Shown: in pieces, positions 1 through 11,055 of the stretch
How positions within the stretch are numbered: position 1 is the first letter of the stretch
Layout: each line of letters begins with the position of its first letter
Origin: an uncultured Gemmatimonadales bacterium
GTDB taxonomy: Bacteria; Gemmatimonadota; Gemmatimonadetes; Gemmatimonadales; GWC2-71-9
Length of the DNA: 64,000 nucleotides
Direction of reading: 5' to 3'
Assembly: GCA_963695555.1 (NCBI GenBank)
Contig: CAVOGR010000007.1
Coordinates: 1 to 64,000, forward strand
Position numbers and translations under genes: made by a program
Notes under the pieces: generated by a model
The model's input: the letters and a program-made list of their open reading frames with translations, nothing else
Told to the model about the DNA's origin: nothing
Database searches by the model: none

Positions 1-80
1 CACCACCGTAGCAGCGAGGTCCGGCTGGTGCCGAAGGTTTCCTCGTGTCCGTGCCACCGATTACCACGACTGTTCGACCA

Positions 81-644
81 TCAGTGGAAGGTCACGCTGA
101 CGCCGAGGTTCACGATTCGCTCGCGCCAGTCATTGTCGTGATGGCATCCGGGAATCGAGGTTCTCCGTTGATCAGACATCGCGTCCGACCCGATGTCATC
201 CCCCGCGCGGCGCTCCACCGAATCCGGTCTCCTCGTCGACCAGGGCCGAGCAACATCCTGCCGTACCTGCTCGAAGTGCGCAATCCGCCACGCCGCCTTT
301 CACGGAGGAGCCGGAACGAGTTCCCGGTTCCCGCTGGGGCGATGAACATCGCACGCTCGAGGGTCTCGTCCAGGTCGAAGTTGTCATCCCAGGCCACCCG
401 TCCACTCGCCCCCGGAGCAGGCTCTGGCTCACGGTCCCACGAGCTTGACCGTGAGGAAGAAAACTCCAAGTCTCGTTATCACCAAATCCCACCGGACACA
501 CCATCGATGAGAGAGGCCTGGTTTTTCACCATGCCGCCGAAACCAGGAGAGCCTTCGCGGTCGCTGCAGTCGTTCGCGCGGGTCTTCAACCACTTCCCTT
601 GAGCGCTCGCTTCTGGCACAAAGCCGATCCACCAGCGCACCCAT
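81..644 (-). pseudogene. Possible disrupted outer-membrane beta-barrel protein remnant
   Basis: A minus-strand frame ends ...DWRERIVNLGVSVTFH* (stop at 81-83), an alternating beta-strand with a near-terminal aromatic residue. Upstream sequence is broken across frames and the start is undefined. Confidence 0.2.
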
Positions 645-899
645 GGTCGCGCCTGAAGCCGCGTTGGCGTAGTCCTATCCTCTTTTCATTCATATTACAA
701 CAGGCATACACCCCCACCACACCACTATACTCTGACTGGTCGAACGAGTTCATGCCCGTGTCCGCCTTGAGGCTGGCGAGGCATAGACCGCGTGCGAGGT
801 CCTTCTCTAAGCGATTCTAGATGGTAAGATTTCAAAAAGCAGTGCCATCTGTAACCGGCATCGATCCGGGCGGGCTTCTTCCTCGAAATCCGAGCAGCG

Positions 900-1607
900 A
901 GCTCACTCCGATCAACGCCGTCCTCATCGCCATTATCGCCATCATGACCGTCGCATGTCTACGCCTTCGACTGTGGCCAGTCGATCGTCTCGGTGAGCGA
1001 AGGCCGGCCAACGCGGTCTGGCTTGCCCGCCGGTCGCTACCACGGCTGACCCTCGACACCGGGGCAGCCGGGTGCGCGGTCGATCGTTGGGTGCGCGCCG
1101 CGGGACGATTCGATCCACCCATCAGGTCGTCATTCGGGGACGGGTCTACCGAGAGAGTCCCGGGTCTACGTGGTGACCCCGCTCCTGCTCGACGGCTCCG
1201 ATAGCGCTGTGTTCGTCAACCGCCGCTTCGTGCCCGCAAGCGACGCCATTACCGTGTACCTCGACCGCTGACAGCCCGGCGGCGGCAGGTCGACAGGCAT
1301 TACGGTCGCGATCCATCCGGCCGGATCGCAGCGTCTCTTGGTGCGGATGGCACAACAACGTGGAACCGGCTCGACCTGATCACCCTGAGGTACCAGTCTG
1401 CCCTATCCTGTCCTTCGCACTTCGATCCTGGAGCCCAGCGGCAGACAGCCGCCCCTTCCACGCCGGCTCGAGCCCTTGCCGCTCAACGACGGGCCTCGCT
1501 TGAGTTACGCCATCCAGTGGTTTCGTCGGTGCCATCGCGCTCGTCGGCAGGACGATCCTGGTGACGCGCGAACGGGATCGCCCCCGAGGCTGGTCCGCAA
1601 GGCTTAG
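900..1607 (+). pseudogene. SURF1-family protein (cytochrome oxidase assembly), multiply frameshifted
   Basis: SURF1 motifs occur in order across frames: TM + ACLRLRLWPVDRLGERR (cf. RLGxWQLxR); HQVVIRGRVYRESPG; VYVVTPLLLDGSDSAVFVNRRFVP (cf. VNRGWVP); LEPLPLNDGPRLSYAIQWF (cf. GPHLSYAxQWF) followed by a hydrophobic segment. Ends are approximate. Confidence 0.75.
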
Positions 1608-2843
1608 GTGCGATCCAACGCCTGGATGGTTGCGGTCGACGGCGACCGCTCACGTGAAGCCGATGAGCCGTCCGTTCCACCGCTCGAGCGTCCACAGGAG
1701 GTTCTGTTCCGCCAGCTTTCGGAGGTCCACGTCGCTCCACCCGCGCGGACCAGCTCGGCGAACAACGCCGGGAGGACGATACGTCACCAGGCCGTCCAGC
1801 CAGCGCCATCCGTCGAATCGCTGCCGATCCCCACATGATCAGCACCGGCCACTCGTCGAACATGCTCGATATGATCCGCGACATCGGCAAGCGTCGCCGT
1901 GGGCATCGGATGCGTGGCATTGTATTCCTGCCAGATCCTGCGCCGCTCGGCCGGGGCGGTCACGCCCTCGAAGAGCTTCCGGAAGCTCCCGCTCCCGCTT
2001 GGTGGCGGCCCGCGCCACCTGGGACGAGACGAACTCCGGTACGAAGGTGACCATCACCACACCGCCATTTGCCTGCAGCTGGCGCAGCACGCTGTCCGGC
2101 ACATTGCGCGGAACGTCCACCAGAGCCCGGGCCGACGAGTGGGAGAAGATGACCGGCGCTTCCGACGTTGCGATGGCGTCGTGCATGACGCTGGGTGCGG
2201 TGTGGGACAAATCGATCATCATGCCCAGACGGTTCATTTCGCGTACGACTTCGCGGCCGAAAGCCGTCAATCCGCCATGCCGTTGCTCATCGAGGGCTGC
2301 ATCCGCCCAATCCACGGTCACGTTGTGGGTCAACGTCATGTATCGGGCGCCCAGGTCGTAGTAGGCGCGCAGGGCCCCGAGGGAGTTCTCGATGGCATGG
2401 CCGCCCTCCAGCCCGATGAGCGAGGCGATGCGGCCCTCGCGAAACGCCTGCTCGATGTCGTCGGCGGTGAGTGCCAGGGCAAAGTCGTTGGGGTACTTGG
2501 CGGTCAGGCGGCGGGCGATGTCGATCTGCTCGAGCTGCACCCGGGCGTAGCCGCTATCCGGAATTTCGCCCGGCACGTACACCGACCAGAATTGAGCACC
2601 GACCAATCCCTCCCGCAGTCGTGCGATGTCCGTTTGCCCCGGGGTGCGCTTCGAGAGATCGTAGGCGTCCACGTCGAACGCAGCCTGTCGGGATCGCCGA
2701 ATCTCCCACGGCAAGTCGTTGTGCCCATCGATCAGTGGGGTGGAGCGCAGGATGGCACGCGCGTGCTCCAGCGCGGAATCGGATTGCCCGAAGACGGGGG
2801 CGGCGAACACGGAGCAGAGGACGAGGAGGACAGGCAGGCGCAT
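1604..2843 (-). CDS. Membrane dipeptidase (peptidase M19), secreted; 3' part frameshifted
   Basis: Signal peptide [19 protein letters not shown]; motifs IDGHND, GLEGGH, YMTLTH, IDLSH, FSHS. After a shift near 1985 it continues [27 protein letters not shown], then after more indels [11 protein letters not shown]...ATIQALDRT*. Confidence 0.85.
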
Positions 2844-2967
2844 GAGCGAGGATCCTCGCAAGTAGGAGATCGGCACATCCGGAGCGGGTGCCGCGAAAGC
2901 TAGCTGGGGCCGAGAGAGGAGGATACCCGATCGGACTTCTCCACCAAAGTGTCGGCGACGTTGGCGA

Positions 2968-3756
2968 CTACCCGGATTGACTTCGCCTCCCTGCCAGTCG
3001 CATGGCGTTCTGGGCCTCGACAGCGCCGCGCCACGGCCCGGCACGATCGATCAAATCCAGTTTGGCCACCACCGCTTCGGGCAATCGAAGCGGTTGGCCT
3101 GTGCCGAACACGAAGCGCTCGGATCCGATGGTGTCGAGCAGCGTGGCCAGATCGTCCTCCGGCGGCCCCCACACCCAGGCAATGTCCCAGGTGATCCGCG
3201 CCGACTCGGTGGGCGTGGAGCCAAAATGGACCTGCTCGATGTAACTCCGGTCCGCTCCCGTCACGATGATCCGCACAGCAGGATTGTGGCGTGCGAACGA
3301 ACGGACGTGCCAGGGCGCAAGCTCCGCCGCCCGGTCGTTCGGATGACGTTGCCGCGCATCCTCGAGCCGAACCGCAACGAGGAGCGGGACACCGGCCAAA
3401 CCGCAGGCGCCCAGCAACTCAGCCAGATGGTCACCGTCGGGGGCCAAGGCGTAGTACTCCGGATCACATCGCACGGCCGGCACGCCGCGATCGAGCGCAT
3501 CATCGAACGCGGCCCGCCAATTCGGTAACCCCGGATGCACCGCCGGCACAGGCCGGAGCCGGTCGGAATCATTGGTCACCCCATACAATGGCGCGTTGCC
3601 CTCCATCGGATCGCGCCAGAACATGGCCGGCAAATAGCTCACCCACGCTTCATCGATACCGACCCGATCCATGGCATCCAACAGCCCGTCGCGGGTGCCC
3701 CCGGTTACGTTACGGAACGGGTACGTGCCAAGGAACGCGCTCACATCGATCACCAT
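2968..3756 (-). CDS. Amidohydrolase_2-fold protein with degenerate metal site
   Basis: TIM-barrel amidohydrolase pattern ([16 protein letters not shown]) but no HxH motif; begins 1 nt after the stop of the neighbouring amidohydrolase gene. Confidence 0.75.
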   Translation of the reverse strand: MVIDVSAFLGTYPFRNVTGGTRDGLLDAMDRVGIDEAWVSYLPAMFWRDPMEGNAPLYGVTNDSDRLRPVPAVHPGLPNWRAAFDDALDRGVPAVRCDPEYYALAPDGDHLAELLGACGLAGVPLLVAVRLEDARQRHPNDRAAELAPWHVRSFARHNPAVRIIVTGADRSYIEQVHFGSTPTESARITWDIAWVWGPPEDDLATLLDTIGSERFVFGTGQPLRLPEAVVAKLDLIDRAGPWRGAVEAQNAMRLAGRRSQSG

Positions 3757-3757
3757 G

Positions 3758-4570
3758 TCACACCACTCCGGGGCCGAAGGATCGACCAGGAAAGATCCGA
3801 GCGGCGTTCCGCCAGGCTACCTGCTCCACCTCGGTGGGCGTCAGCAGCCGTTCGAGATAGCGGAGCTTGGCCCAGCCCGTATCCAGGGTCAGATCGCATC
3901 CAAAGAGCATGCGGTCGACTCCGACGGCCTCGACCGTAGCCTCGAGCATGCCACCGTCGACTCCGCTGCCGGAGAGATCCACGTACACGTTGGGATGAGG
4001 CCGAAGCGCCCGAAGCGAGTGCAGCCAGTCGCCACCGCCGGCGAGATGGGCCAGAATGAATGACACGTCGGGGTGACGGTGGGCCAAGGCGCAGAGTTCC
4101 ACCGCATCCGAGGCCTCCTGATTCGGCCACTCACGGCGCCGGTGCTGCCAGACGTGGTGCAAGATCGGCACGCCATGGGCTTGGGCCATCCGGCAAATCG
4201 GATCGAGTAACGGGTCGTCCGCCCGACGGCTCGCCGCCAACTTGATTCCGATCATTCCGGTGTCCTTCCCCAGCAGCCGATCGACCTCCTCGCCCGCATG
4301 CGCGGCGAAGTTCGGATTGACCGCAACGTAGCCACGAATCCGACCCGGATTCGCCCGCATGAGTCCCACGAGTTGATCGTTACCGTAGGTCAGGTCGTCG
4401 GGAGATGGAAAATAGGTCGGCGAGCTACGCCCCCAACTCCCGAGAATCGAAGCGACGTGCACCGAAATGCCCATCTGCTCGCCCGCACGCAAACGACTCG
4501 TGTTTCGCTCGCGATAATCGGCCCGCGGCGTTCGGTCGTGGTAGAAATGGGCGTGCACGTCGATCAGCAT
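3758..4570 (-). CDS. Amidohydrolase_2 family metal-dependent hydrolase
   Basis: IDVHAH, GIKL, PILHH, FILAHLAGG, NVYVDLSGS, RMLFGCD. Confidence 0.88.
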   Translation of the reverse strand: MLIDVHAHFYHDRTPRADYRERNTSRLRAGEQMGISVHVASILGSWGRSSPTYFPSPDDLTYGNDQLVGLMRANPGRIRGYVAVNPNFAAHAGEEVDRLLGKDTGMIGIKLAASRRADDPLLDPICRMAQAHGVPILHHVWQHRRREWPNQEASDAVELCALAHRHPDVSFILAHLAGGGDWLHSLRALRPHPNVYVDLSGSGVDGGMLEATVEAVGVDRMLFGCDLTLDTGWAKLRYLERLLTPTEVEQVAWRNAARIFPGRSFGPGVV

Positions 4571-5778
4571 CGGCCCTTCCCTTGGGGACCACCCCGGACG
4601 GCTCCAATTGCCTCTTCCAACACGCTAAGGGTGCGATCGATCAGCTCGGGATCGTGTGCCATGGATACGAAGTTATAGGCCGTGCGCTTCCAAAGGATCC
4701 CGCGGGCTGCAGCCGCCCTGACCACGCCGTAGCCAAAGAGGGGATCGCGAAACTCCAGGTAACACATCTCAGGCATGCCGCGGACTGCGGAGATTACCGA
4801 GGGATGCCGCCCGGCAAGCATCGTGAGGCCGGCATAGAGCCGGACGCCCAGCTCGCCGAGCCGGCGCGGAACCCGCTCCGTGACCATGATGCCGATGACC
4901 GTTTGCGCCGCAGCGAGAGAAACCTGCTCCGTGGCGAGGGTCGATGAGATCCAGGTCCTCGTCGCGCCGGCCATGATGTCCCGCCGCCCTCCGACCGCGG
5001 CGATCGGGAATCCATTGCCGAGCGCCTTGCCAACGACCGCCAGGTCCGGCTTGACGCCATAACGCTCGGCCGCTCCGCCGAGGGCGATCCGGAACGCGGT
5101 CTTGATCTCGTCGAAAATGAGCACGGTACCCAGCTGTTCAGTTTCCGTGCGTATTCGGGCGAGCCATTCGATGTCTGGTGGGCCATCGATAACCGGTTCG
5201 ATGACGACCGCCGCAAGGTCCGGACCCAGCCGGCGAAGACACGTAACACCTTGGTCTATGTCGTTGAACGGAATGTCCTCGTGCAGCGACCGTACCGCAC
5301 GCGGTACCCCGGGCTCCGATTGGCACCAATCCAGCCACCCGTGATATCCGCAGGTTACCACATGGTCGCGTCCGGTGTGCACTCGTGCTAAGCGCACCGC
5401 CGCCAGTGTCGCTTCGGCACCCGTTTTGAGGAAGCGAAGCTGTTCCATCCATGGCATGGACCGCGACAGGAGCGCCGCCACCTCTTCCTCGAGAAGCGGG
5501 GGCAACGGGCCGACAACTCCGGCGGCGATCGCCTCGGAAGCGGCGCGGTTGACCTCGGGATGCCCGTAACCCAACGCTACGGCGCCGAGCCCCATGACAT
5601 AGTCGATGAACTCGCGGCCGCGCTCGTCCCAGATCCGAGCACCGGACGAACGAACCACTCTGGCCGGCACGGCATTCGGGCAATCAGGACCGAACAGGGC
5701 CGCGAGTTGCTTGCTCCCGGTCGAGGTCTCGCCCGGGATGTGCGGCGCAGTCATTTGATGAGAAGTGTCGTGTGTCAT
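4564..5778 (-). CDS. Class-III PLP aminotransferase (glutamate-1-semialdehyde aminomutase-like)
   Basis: STGSK, FIDYVMGLG, KTGAEA, GYHGW, LIFDEIKTAFR, VGKALGNG. Start placed at ATG 5778, which overlaps the corrected upstream stop (ATGA). Confidence 0.88.
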   Translation of the reverse strand: MTHDTSHQMTAPHIPGETSTGSKQLAALFGPDCPNAVPARVVRSSGARIWDERGREFIDYVMGLGAVALGYGHPEVNRAASEAIAAGVVGPLPPLLEEEVAALLSRSMPWMEQLRFLKTGAEATLAAVRLARVHTGRDHVVTCGYHGWLDWCQSEPGVPRAVRSLHEDIPFNDIDQGVTCLRRLGPDLAAVVIEPVIDGPPDIEWLARIRTETEQLGTVLIFDEIKTAFRIALGGAAERYGVKPDLAVVGKALGNGFPIAAVGGRRDIMAGATRTWISSTLATEQVSLAAAQTVIGIMVTERVPRRLGELGVRLYAGLTMLAGRHPSVISAVRGMPEMCYLEFRDPLFGYGVVRAAAARGILWKRTAYNFVSMAHDPELIDRTLSVLEEAIGAVRGGPQGKGRC

Positions 5779-8560
5779 GCCAGCAACTCGAGCACGCCAA
5801 AGCGCTGAGGATCCTGACGATCCCCTCGCAGCCACACCCAGCCACCTCCCCCGTCCAGACGAGCTGACCGGCACGACGCAAACGCTCGGGAGGCGGCGGC
5901 ATCTCGTTCACGATGAGGTCAAACCGCACCCGGTCGGCTCCGAGCACCGACTCCCACCACTTCGGAGTCATGCGGAGGGTCACGCAATAGCCGTCGGCTG
6001 TCCGTTGCCATCGACCCTCGGCAGATTGCGCCTCAATCGACACTCCTCCAGCGCCCAGGAGCCGTACAACTCCAGCTGACGCTCCGGCGGCTGCATCCGG
6101 CACCGCGAGAAGTCTGAACACCTCTCGGCCGGCATCCTGTTGCAGATAGATCTGGATACCATCGGAATGGATGTCGTCGACCTCATTGTCCAAGAGGAGC
6201 GGTGGAGCGTCGGTGGGGCGGAAGTACGGATGTTGCTTTCTCACATCCACCGCGAGGTAGAGCCCATCGCCATTCCAGTTGAGGTATGCCGTTGCGCTGA
6301 ATGCCTCGGGCCCGGGATACGGCTCTTCGCTGCGGCGGTATTGGTCTTCGTGGTCGAGGCCGAGTGGTGCCGAGAATTCGAATCCGGCAAGGGAGCCGTC
6401 GAGCGGCGGGGTGTCCGGCACGAACGGCACGGTCGATTGAATCAGCATCGGCGGGTCGAGGTCGAGCCTCGTCGGGGCCACGGGGGGCGCTTCTCTCAAT
6501 CCGCCTAGCTCAATCGCCTCGGCCCCGGCCTCGATGCCCCACCCCGAGGCAACCTCGCGATGCCGGTCGACGCCCGATTCGGTCTCCACCTCGATAGGGC
6601 CGGGCGCCACACGGAGGGTGGGAGCAGGTCCGGCATGCGGCGACACGAGGAGCGTGACAAATCGTACGTCCGAACCGTCCGCACGAATCACCACGAATTC
6701 GGCCGTATCGCCGCTCGGCGGCCTGCCGGGCGCTGCAGCGCGGATCATTATCCCATCGAAGGCAAACACCGCGATGAGCTTCCGCTCGCCGACCCGTGCC
6801 TCGATGACGAGCGGCTCATCCGCTCGGCAGTCACATTCTTCGACTCCGGTGACGTGATCGCCGGCGAGCGAGCCCGGACGCCAGGTGGGTGTCGAGGGGA
6901 ACGCCATGGTTCCTTCGAAGTGATAGGGCAGCTCCACCACGCGCCGATCCGGGCCTCGGTACTCCATGATATCCAGCACGTATGCCGGGCCGGAAATGAC
7001 GGTCCGGAGCATGTCGCCGTAGCGGCCGCGCACCCAGCCCCACCGGTCGGCCACATCGAAGGCCTCGCAGCTCGCCTCACCGGGCAATTGTGACCGCCCA
7101 TCGAGGCGCGGCGCATTGTGCGCCAGGGTCGAGCGGTACCATGCCAGCGTGTCGGCCACGTAGGACCCGGTGCCAAAATCCGGTAGCCACAGTGTGCCAT
7201 CAGCATAGAGGGAGAGATGCAGCCGGTCAGGGTGTCCATGCCCCCCACCGTAGGGCCCGCATTCCAGGCTCAGGTAGCGCCCGTCGTCCCGCAACACAGC
7301 CAGGCCCTGCCCCTCCATGAAGACCGACTCGGCCTCCCAGCCACTGTCCGGAGATAACTCCGGCATCATTTCCAACAGCATCCACCAGGACAAATCCGCC
7401 CTGGTTCGTGGCATACCGCTTGGCTCAGGGAGCGACGCCTCGTGCAGGTACGACTCGAATGGCTCCGCCGGCTGGCCCGGAGTGCCATACAGCTTGGCCA
7501 GCCACGATGTGAAGAACCGCTCGGTTTCCGCGTCCCCGGACCCGACCCACGCCATCCCGACTTCCCAGCATTCGAGGTACATCGGCTGAGCAAGCGACAG
7601 CCCGAACCGTGAGTCCTTACGCGCCGGGAAGGTCGTATCCGGCAGGGCCGTGCGTGCAGGGGCCTGGAGCGCCAGAGTGAGCCGATCCGCCAAGGGCGGC
7701 TCAGCGCCGATGTCGATTCCCGCGAGGCGTGCCCACGATGCGCCTGTGAGCAGGCCTCGAAGGGCAAAGAGGTGGTAGTTCTCTCCTTCATACCACATGC
7801 CATCGGGGCCGTAGCCGCGCCCCAGATGCGCAATCAGGCCGGTCGGACCTTCGATGGATGCCTGCGCCAGCGCTTCGTCTTCAAACCATGCGGCCACGGC
7901 GGCAAGCGCGGCATTGTTCCAGGTTTGTCGGTTCGAGAATCCTTCGTTGTACTCTCCGATGAGATTCGCGGCCTCGTCCGCCATGCGGGACACCGATTCT
8001 TCAACCTCGTCCCCGAGGAGGCCACCCTCTCGGAGGAGGAAGGCGCCGGCCATGATGTTGGTCAGCCACAGCGATTCGAGATAGGTCGAGAAGAAGAGGC
8101 GGCTCGGGCCCAGCACGTTGTCCCGGTTTGGGAACTCGTGATAGCGGGCGCCATACCACTCGAGGAGCTCGAGAGCTCGCGACACCGACTCGGTGTCATC
8201 AGCAAAGACGCCGACCGCGGACAGGTGGGCGATTCGTTCCGCGAGCCAGAGATGTTGAAAGCGCGCCCAGTTCTGGTCGTGGCGTTCACCTGTCACCACC
8301 GCATGGCACCGTGGGCAGCGGTGAGCCGATGGACTCCACGGATCGAAGATCAGGGTTGCGCCATCCGTGGGACATAGCCCCCCATCCACCGACAACAGGG
8401 CCTTTGCCTCCGGCAGCGGCGGCATCCGGGCCAGCAGCGGCTCCGCATGTTCGCGCAACCGCGAGCGCAACCCGCCGAGGTCCGACGATTGGTCAATGAT
8501 CGCTCGGCGCGCGATTAGGTCATCCCGACTCAACACGAGCGAATACCCTCCCGTGACCAT
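5775..8560 (-). CDS. Heparinase II/III-like oligosaccharide lyase with C-terminal CBM9-like domain; one frameshift near the 3' end
   Basis: SNRQTWNN, DGMWYEGENYH, GGGHGHPDRLHL, WYRSTLAHN; the C-terminal ATAYLNWNGDGLYLAVDV..SDGIQIYL resembles CBM9/DOMON. Adding one G to the G-run at ~5848-5852 restores GGGWVWLRGDRQDPQRFGVLELLA* ending at 5775. Start may be GTG 8536. Confidence 0.8.
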
Positions 8561-9552
8561 TCGACAGGCATCACCGTCATCCCTAGCGTCTTCGCAGCCT
8601 CGATCAGCGGTGCCGGATCATCAGGCATCACGAAGAACATCGACCCTCCCGCACCGGCACCTGCCGCCTTTCCACCCAAGACCCCGGCACTTGCCGCAGC
8701 TTCTTCCAGTTTCTTCATGAGGTCCGTCTGCATCCCCGGATCGAGCTCTTGCTGACATCGCCAATTCCTGCTCAGGAGGACGGCGACGCGCTCGAGGTCC
8801 GCCGCAACCAGGGCGTCTGCCATGGCGTGAGCGAGATCTTTGAGTTCCAGAAGCGCCCCGGTGACGGCACGGTCGCCATCGTTATACGCCGTCATCACCC
8901 GCGTGATGGTATTGCCCGATATGCGCGACTGTCCTGTATAGCACAGCACGGTCTGCCGCGCGAGCGCGGACGCAAAGTCCCCATCGAGTTGAAGCGGCCG
9001 CACCGATACGTCAGGATCCTGGAATTCGAACAGGTGGAACCCTCCGAATGCGGCGGCGTACTGGTCCTGCTTCCCGCCGGCAACGCCAGCAACCTCCGCC
9101 TCGGCTTTCCGGGCCAGCTCCGCGAGTTCTTTCGGCGAGGCATCCGTTCCGTTTGCGCTCGTCAGCACTCGGGCCAACGCAACGTCGACCGCTCCGGAGC
9201 TTCCAAGACCGGATCCCGGCGGTGCCTCGCAATCGGTCTCCAGGGAAAATGGCGGGTCAACGGGCGTGACGCGAAGGGCCGCTCGGAGCAATCGGAGTTT
9301 GCCGGACTGGTCCAGTTGATCGAGGCGCGCGCCATGGAGTTCTTCGCGGAGATCGCGCGAGAAGAGCCTGATCCCCTGCCCTCCCGGCACCCACCGGGCG
9401 GTGGCGGACAACCGAATGGCCACGTTGACCACGGCACCGCCTTCAACCATCGAGAAGGGCGGAACATCGGTCCAGCCTCCAGCCAGATCCAATCGCAGCG
9501 GGGCGCTGGCTCGAATCCCCTCGGTCAGGCCGCTCAGGGGTCGACCCGCCAT
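8530..9552 (-). CDS. GHMP-family sugar kinase (HddA/fucokinase-like)
   Basis: APLRLDLAGGWTD, PPGSGLGSSG, GGKQDQY, GGKAAGAGAGG. Confidence 0.9.
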   Translation of the reverse strand: MAGRPLSGLTEGIRASAPLRLDLAGGWTDVPPFSMVEGGAVVNVAIRLSATARWVPGGQGIRLFSRDLREELHGARLDQLDQSGKLRLLRAALRVTPVDPPFSLETDCEAPPGSGLGSSGAVDVALARVLTSANGTDASPKELAELARKAEAEVAGVAGGKQDQYAAAFGGFHLFEFQDPDVSVRPLQLDGDFASALARQTVLCYTGQSRISGNTITRVMTAYNDGDRAVTGALLELKDLAHAMADALVAADLERVAVLLSRNWRCQQELDPGMQTDLMKKLEEAAASAGVLGGKAAGAGAGGSMFFVMPDDPAPLIEAAKTLGMTVMPVEWSREGIRSC

Positions 9553-10970
9553 TGGGCAACCGTGCTGAGTTCTCCTCTGAGATCCATGCGCACGCCGCGC
9601 ACCCGGCGATTGGCACCTTGAACGCCGCGCGCATAATAGAGGAACGCCACGGGCACCGAATCGACGAACACGCGGCGGATCGCCTCGCCGCCGGCCGGCA
9701 GCTTCATGCCGGTAAGGTCCACGAGCGGCCCAAGGTACCCCAGTGACAGGTCGCCCGGAATGCCCATGACCGCCCCCTCGAAATCGTGTCGCTGTCCGTA
9801 CACCCGGTCGAGAAAGGCCGACAGCTCGAGCTGGCGGAGTCGGACGTCGAAACCAACTTCGTGCAACTGTGCTTGAAGCATCTGCTCGAGCGCCGCTTCG
9901 CCGCTGCCCACCGTCAGAAGTTCGAAGCTCGGCCGTCGGTCGCCGAGCAGCCGCCGCGCCGAGGCGCGGTCCATCGGGACGGCCGGCGCCGGCAGCACCC
10001 CCGGCACGCCGGGCGGAATGGGACCAAAGGCGCTCGCGCCAAAGCCGTAGAGGTAGCCCTCGACGATCTCATCCCGATCGATGCTGAGCGAAACCGCCCG
10101 ACGAACCGTAATGTCGTCAAATGGCGCACGGCGGGTATTGAACACGACGCCGTACGTAAACAAGAGCGGGTAGTCGAGAACCACGAGCTCGGGATTCCGC
10201 CGCACGAAGTCCGCATGGGCAGGCTGAATTCCGGCGAAGTCCAGTTCCCCGGCGGTGAGCGCCGCAAGCTTGGTGGTCGGCTCGTCCACCACCACCACGA
10301 TGAAGCGATCCAACTGCGGGGGGCCGCCGAGGTCGGCCGGGAAGTCCGGATTGGCGGCGAAGACCCACCGCCGGTTGGGCTCATACGACACGAACTGGAA
10401 GGGGCCGTTGCCGACCGGCGCCTGGTTCCACTCCGCCTGTCGCATTCGATCCCGCGGCACGGTGTCGAGCCTGTGTGCCGGCACAATCGCCAGGTCCGTG
10501 AGCACGTCGGGGAAGTCCCCCTGCGGGTGGTCGAAATCCAGCAGGACCGTCGTGTCGTTGGGCACCTCGATACCAGAAAGGTGTGCCAAGTCGGCCAGCC
10601 GGGGATACCCGGTTGATGGGTCGCGTGCTGCAGCCAAGGTGAATCGCACGTCTACGGCGGTGGTGGGTGTGCCATCATGCCACCGCACGTTCGACGCGAG
10701 ATGCAGGGTGAGCCTCGTGTTTGCGCGGGACCATTGCCACGACCGGGCCAAATACGGCTCGATCGCGAGCGTGCTGTCGTAACGCGCGAGCGTCGTCAGG
10801 AATACGTACCGCTGGACCTGCTTCGCGAGCGGGTGAATCGTGACGAGGGGGTTGCTGCTCTGGAGGTCGGCTCCGGACGCATACAGCACCGTGGATCCGC
10901 GCCGTGTAGCCGCAGAGCCACATGCCGCCGCAGCAAGGAGGAGCGCGCCCAGCCCGAGTCGACTCACCAT
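9534..10970 (-). CDS. ABC transporter substrate-binding lipoprotein, family 5 (Dpp/Opp-like)
   Basis: Lipobox LAAAAC; PYLARSW, VRWHDGTPTTAVDVRFT, PVGNGPF. Confidence 0.92.
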   Translation of the reverse strand: MVSRLGLGALLLAAAACGSAATRRGSTVLYASGADLQSSNPLVTIHPLAKQVQRYVFLTTLARYDSTLAIEPYLARSWQWSRANTRLTLHLASNVRWHDGTPTTAVDVRFTLAAARDPSTGYPRLADLAHLSGIEVPNDTTVLLDFDHPQGDFPDVLTDLAIVPAHRLDTVPRDRMRQAEWNQAPVGNGPFQFVSYEPNRRWVFAANPDFPADLGGPPQLDRFIVVVVDEPTTKLAALTAGELDFAGIQPAHADFVRRNPELVVLDYPLLFTYGVVFNTRRAPFDDITVRRAVSLSIDRDEIVEGYLYGFGASAFGPIPPGVPGVLPAPAVPMDRASARRLLGDRRPSFELLTVGSGEAALEQMLQAQLHEVGFDVRLRQLELSAFLDRVYGQRHDFEGAVMGIPGDLSLGYLGPLVDLTGMKLPAGGEAIRRVFVDSVPVAFLYYARGVQGANRRVRGVRMDLRGELSTVAQWRVDP

Positions 10971-11055
10971 GTCAGGTAATTAAGGGCCGAACGAGGTTCC
11001 CTCCAAGCGGCAAGAAGGACTGGCGCCGCGTGCCACCGCCCCTGAGATTCTTTGG

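Noticed and set aside
2846..2893. 14-bp palindrome GCGAGGATCCTCGC over the dipeptidase RBS plus a nearby hairpin, as a riboswitch
   Set aside because: No recognisable aptamer consensus, and short GC-rich palindromes are expected by chance.
4564..5778. Calling the aminotransferase hemL
   Set aside because: It has STGSK rather than the HemL-type NSPVR N-terminal motif, and there is no tetrapyrrole gene context.
5845..5855. Frameshift in a G-run at the lyase 3' end as phase variation
   Set aside because: The run is short, and adding one base restores a clean ATGA coupling to the next gene, which is typical of a homopolymer sequencing error.
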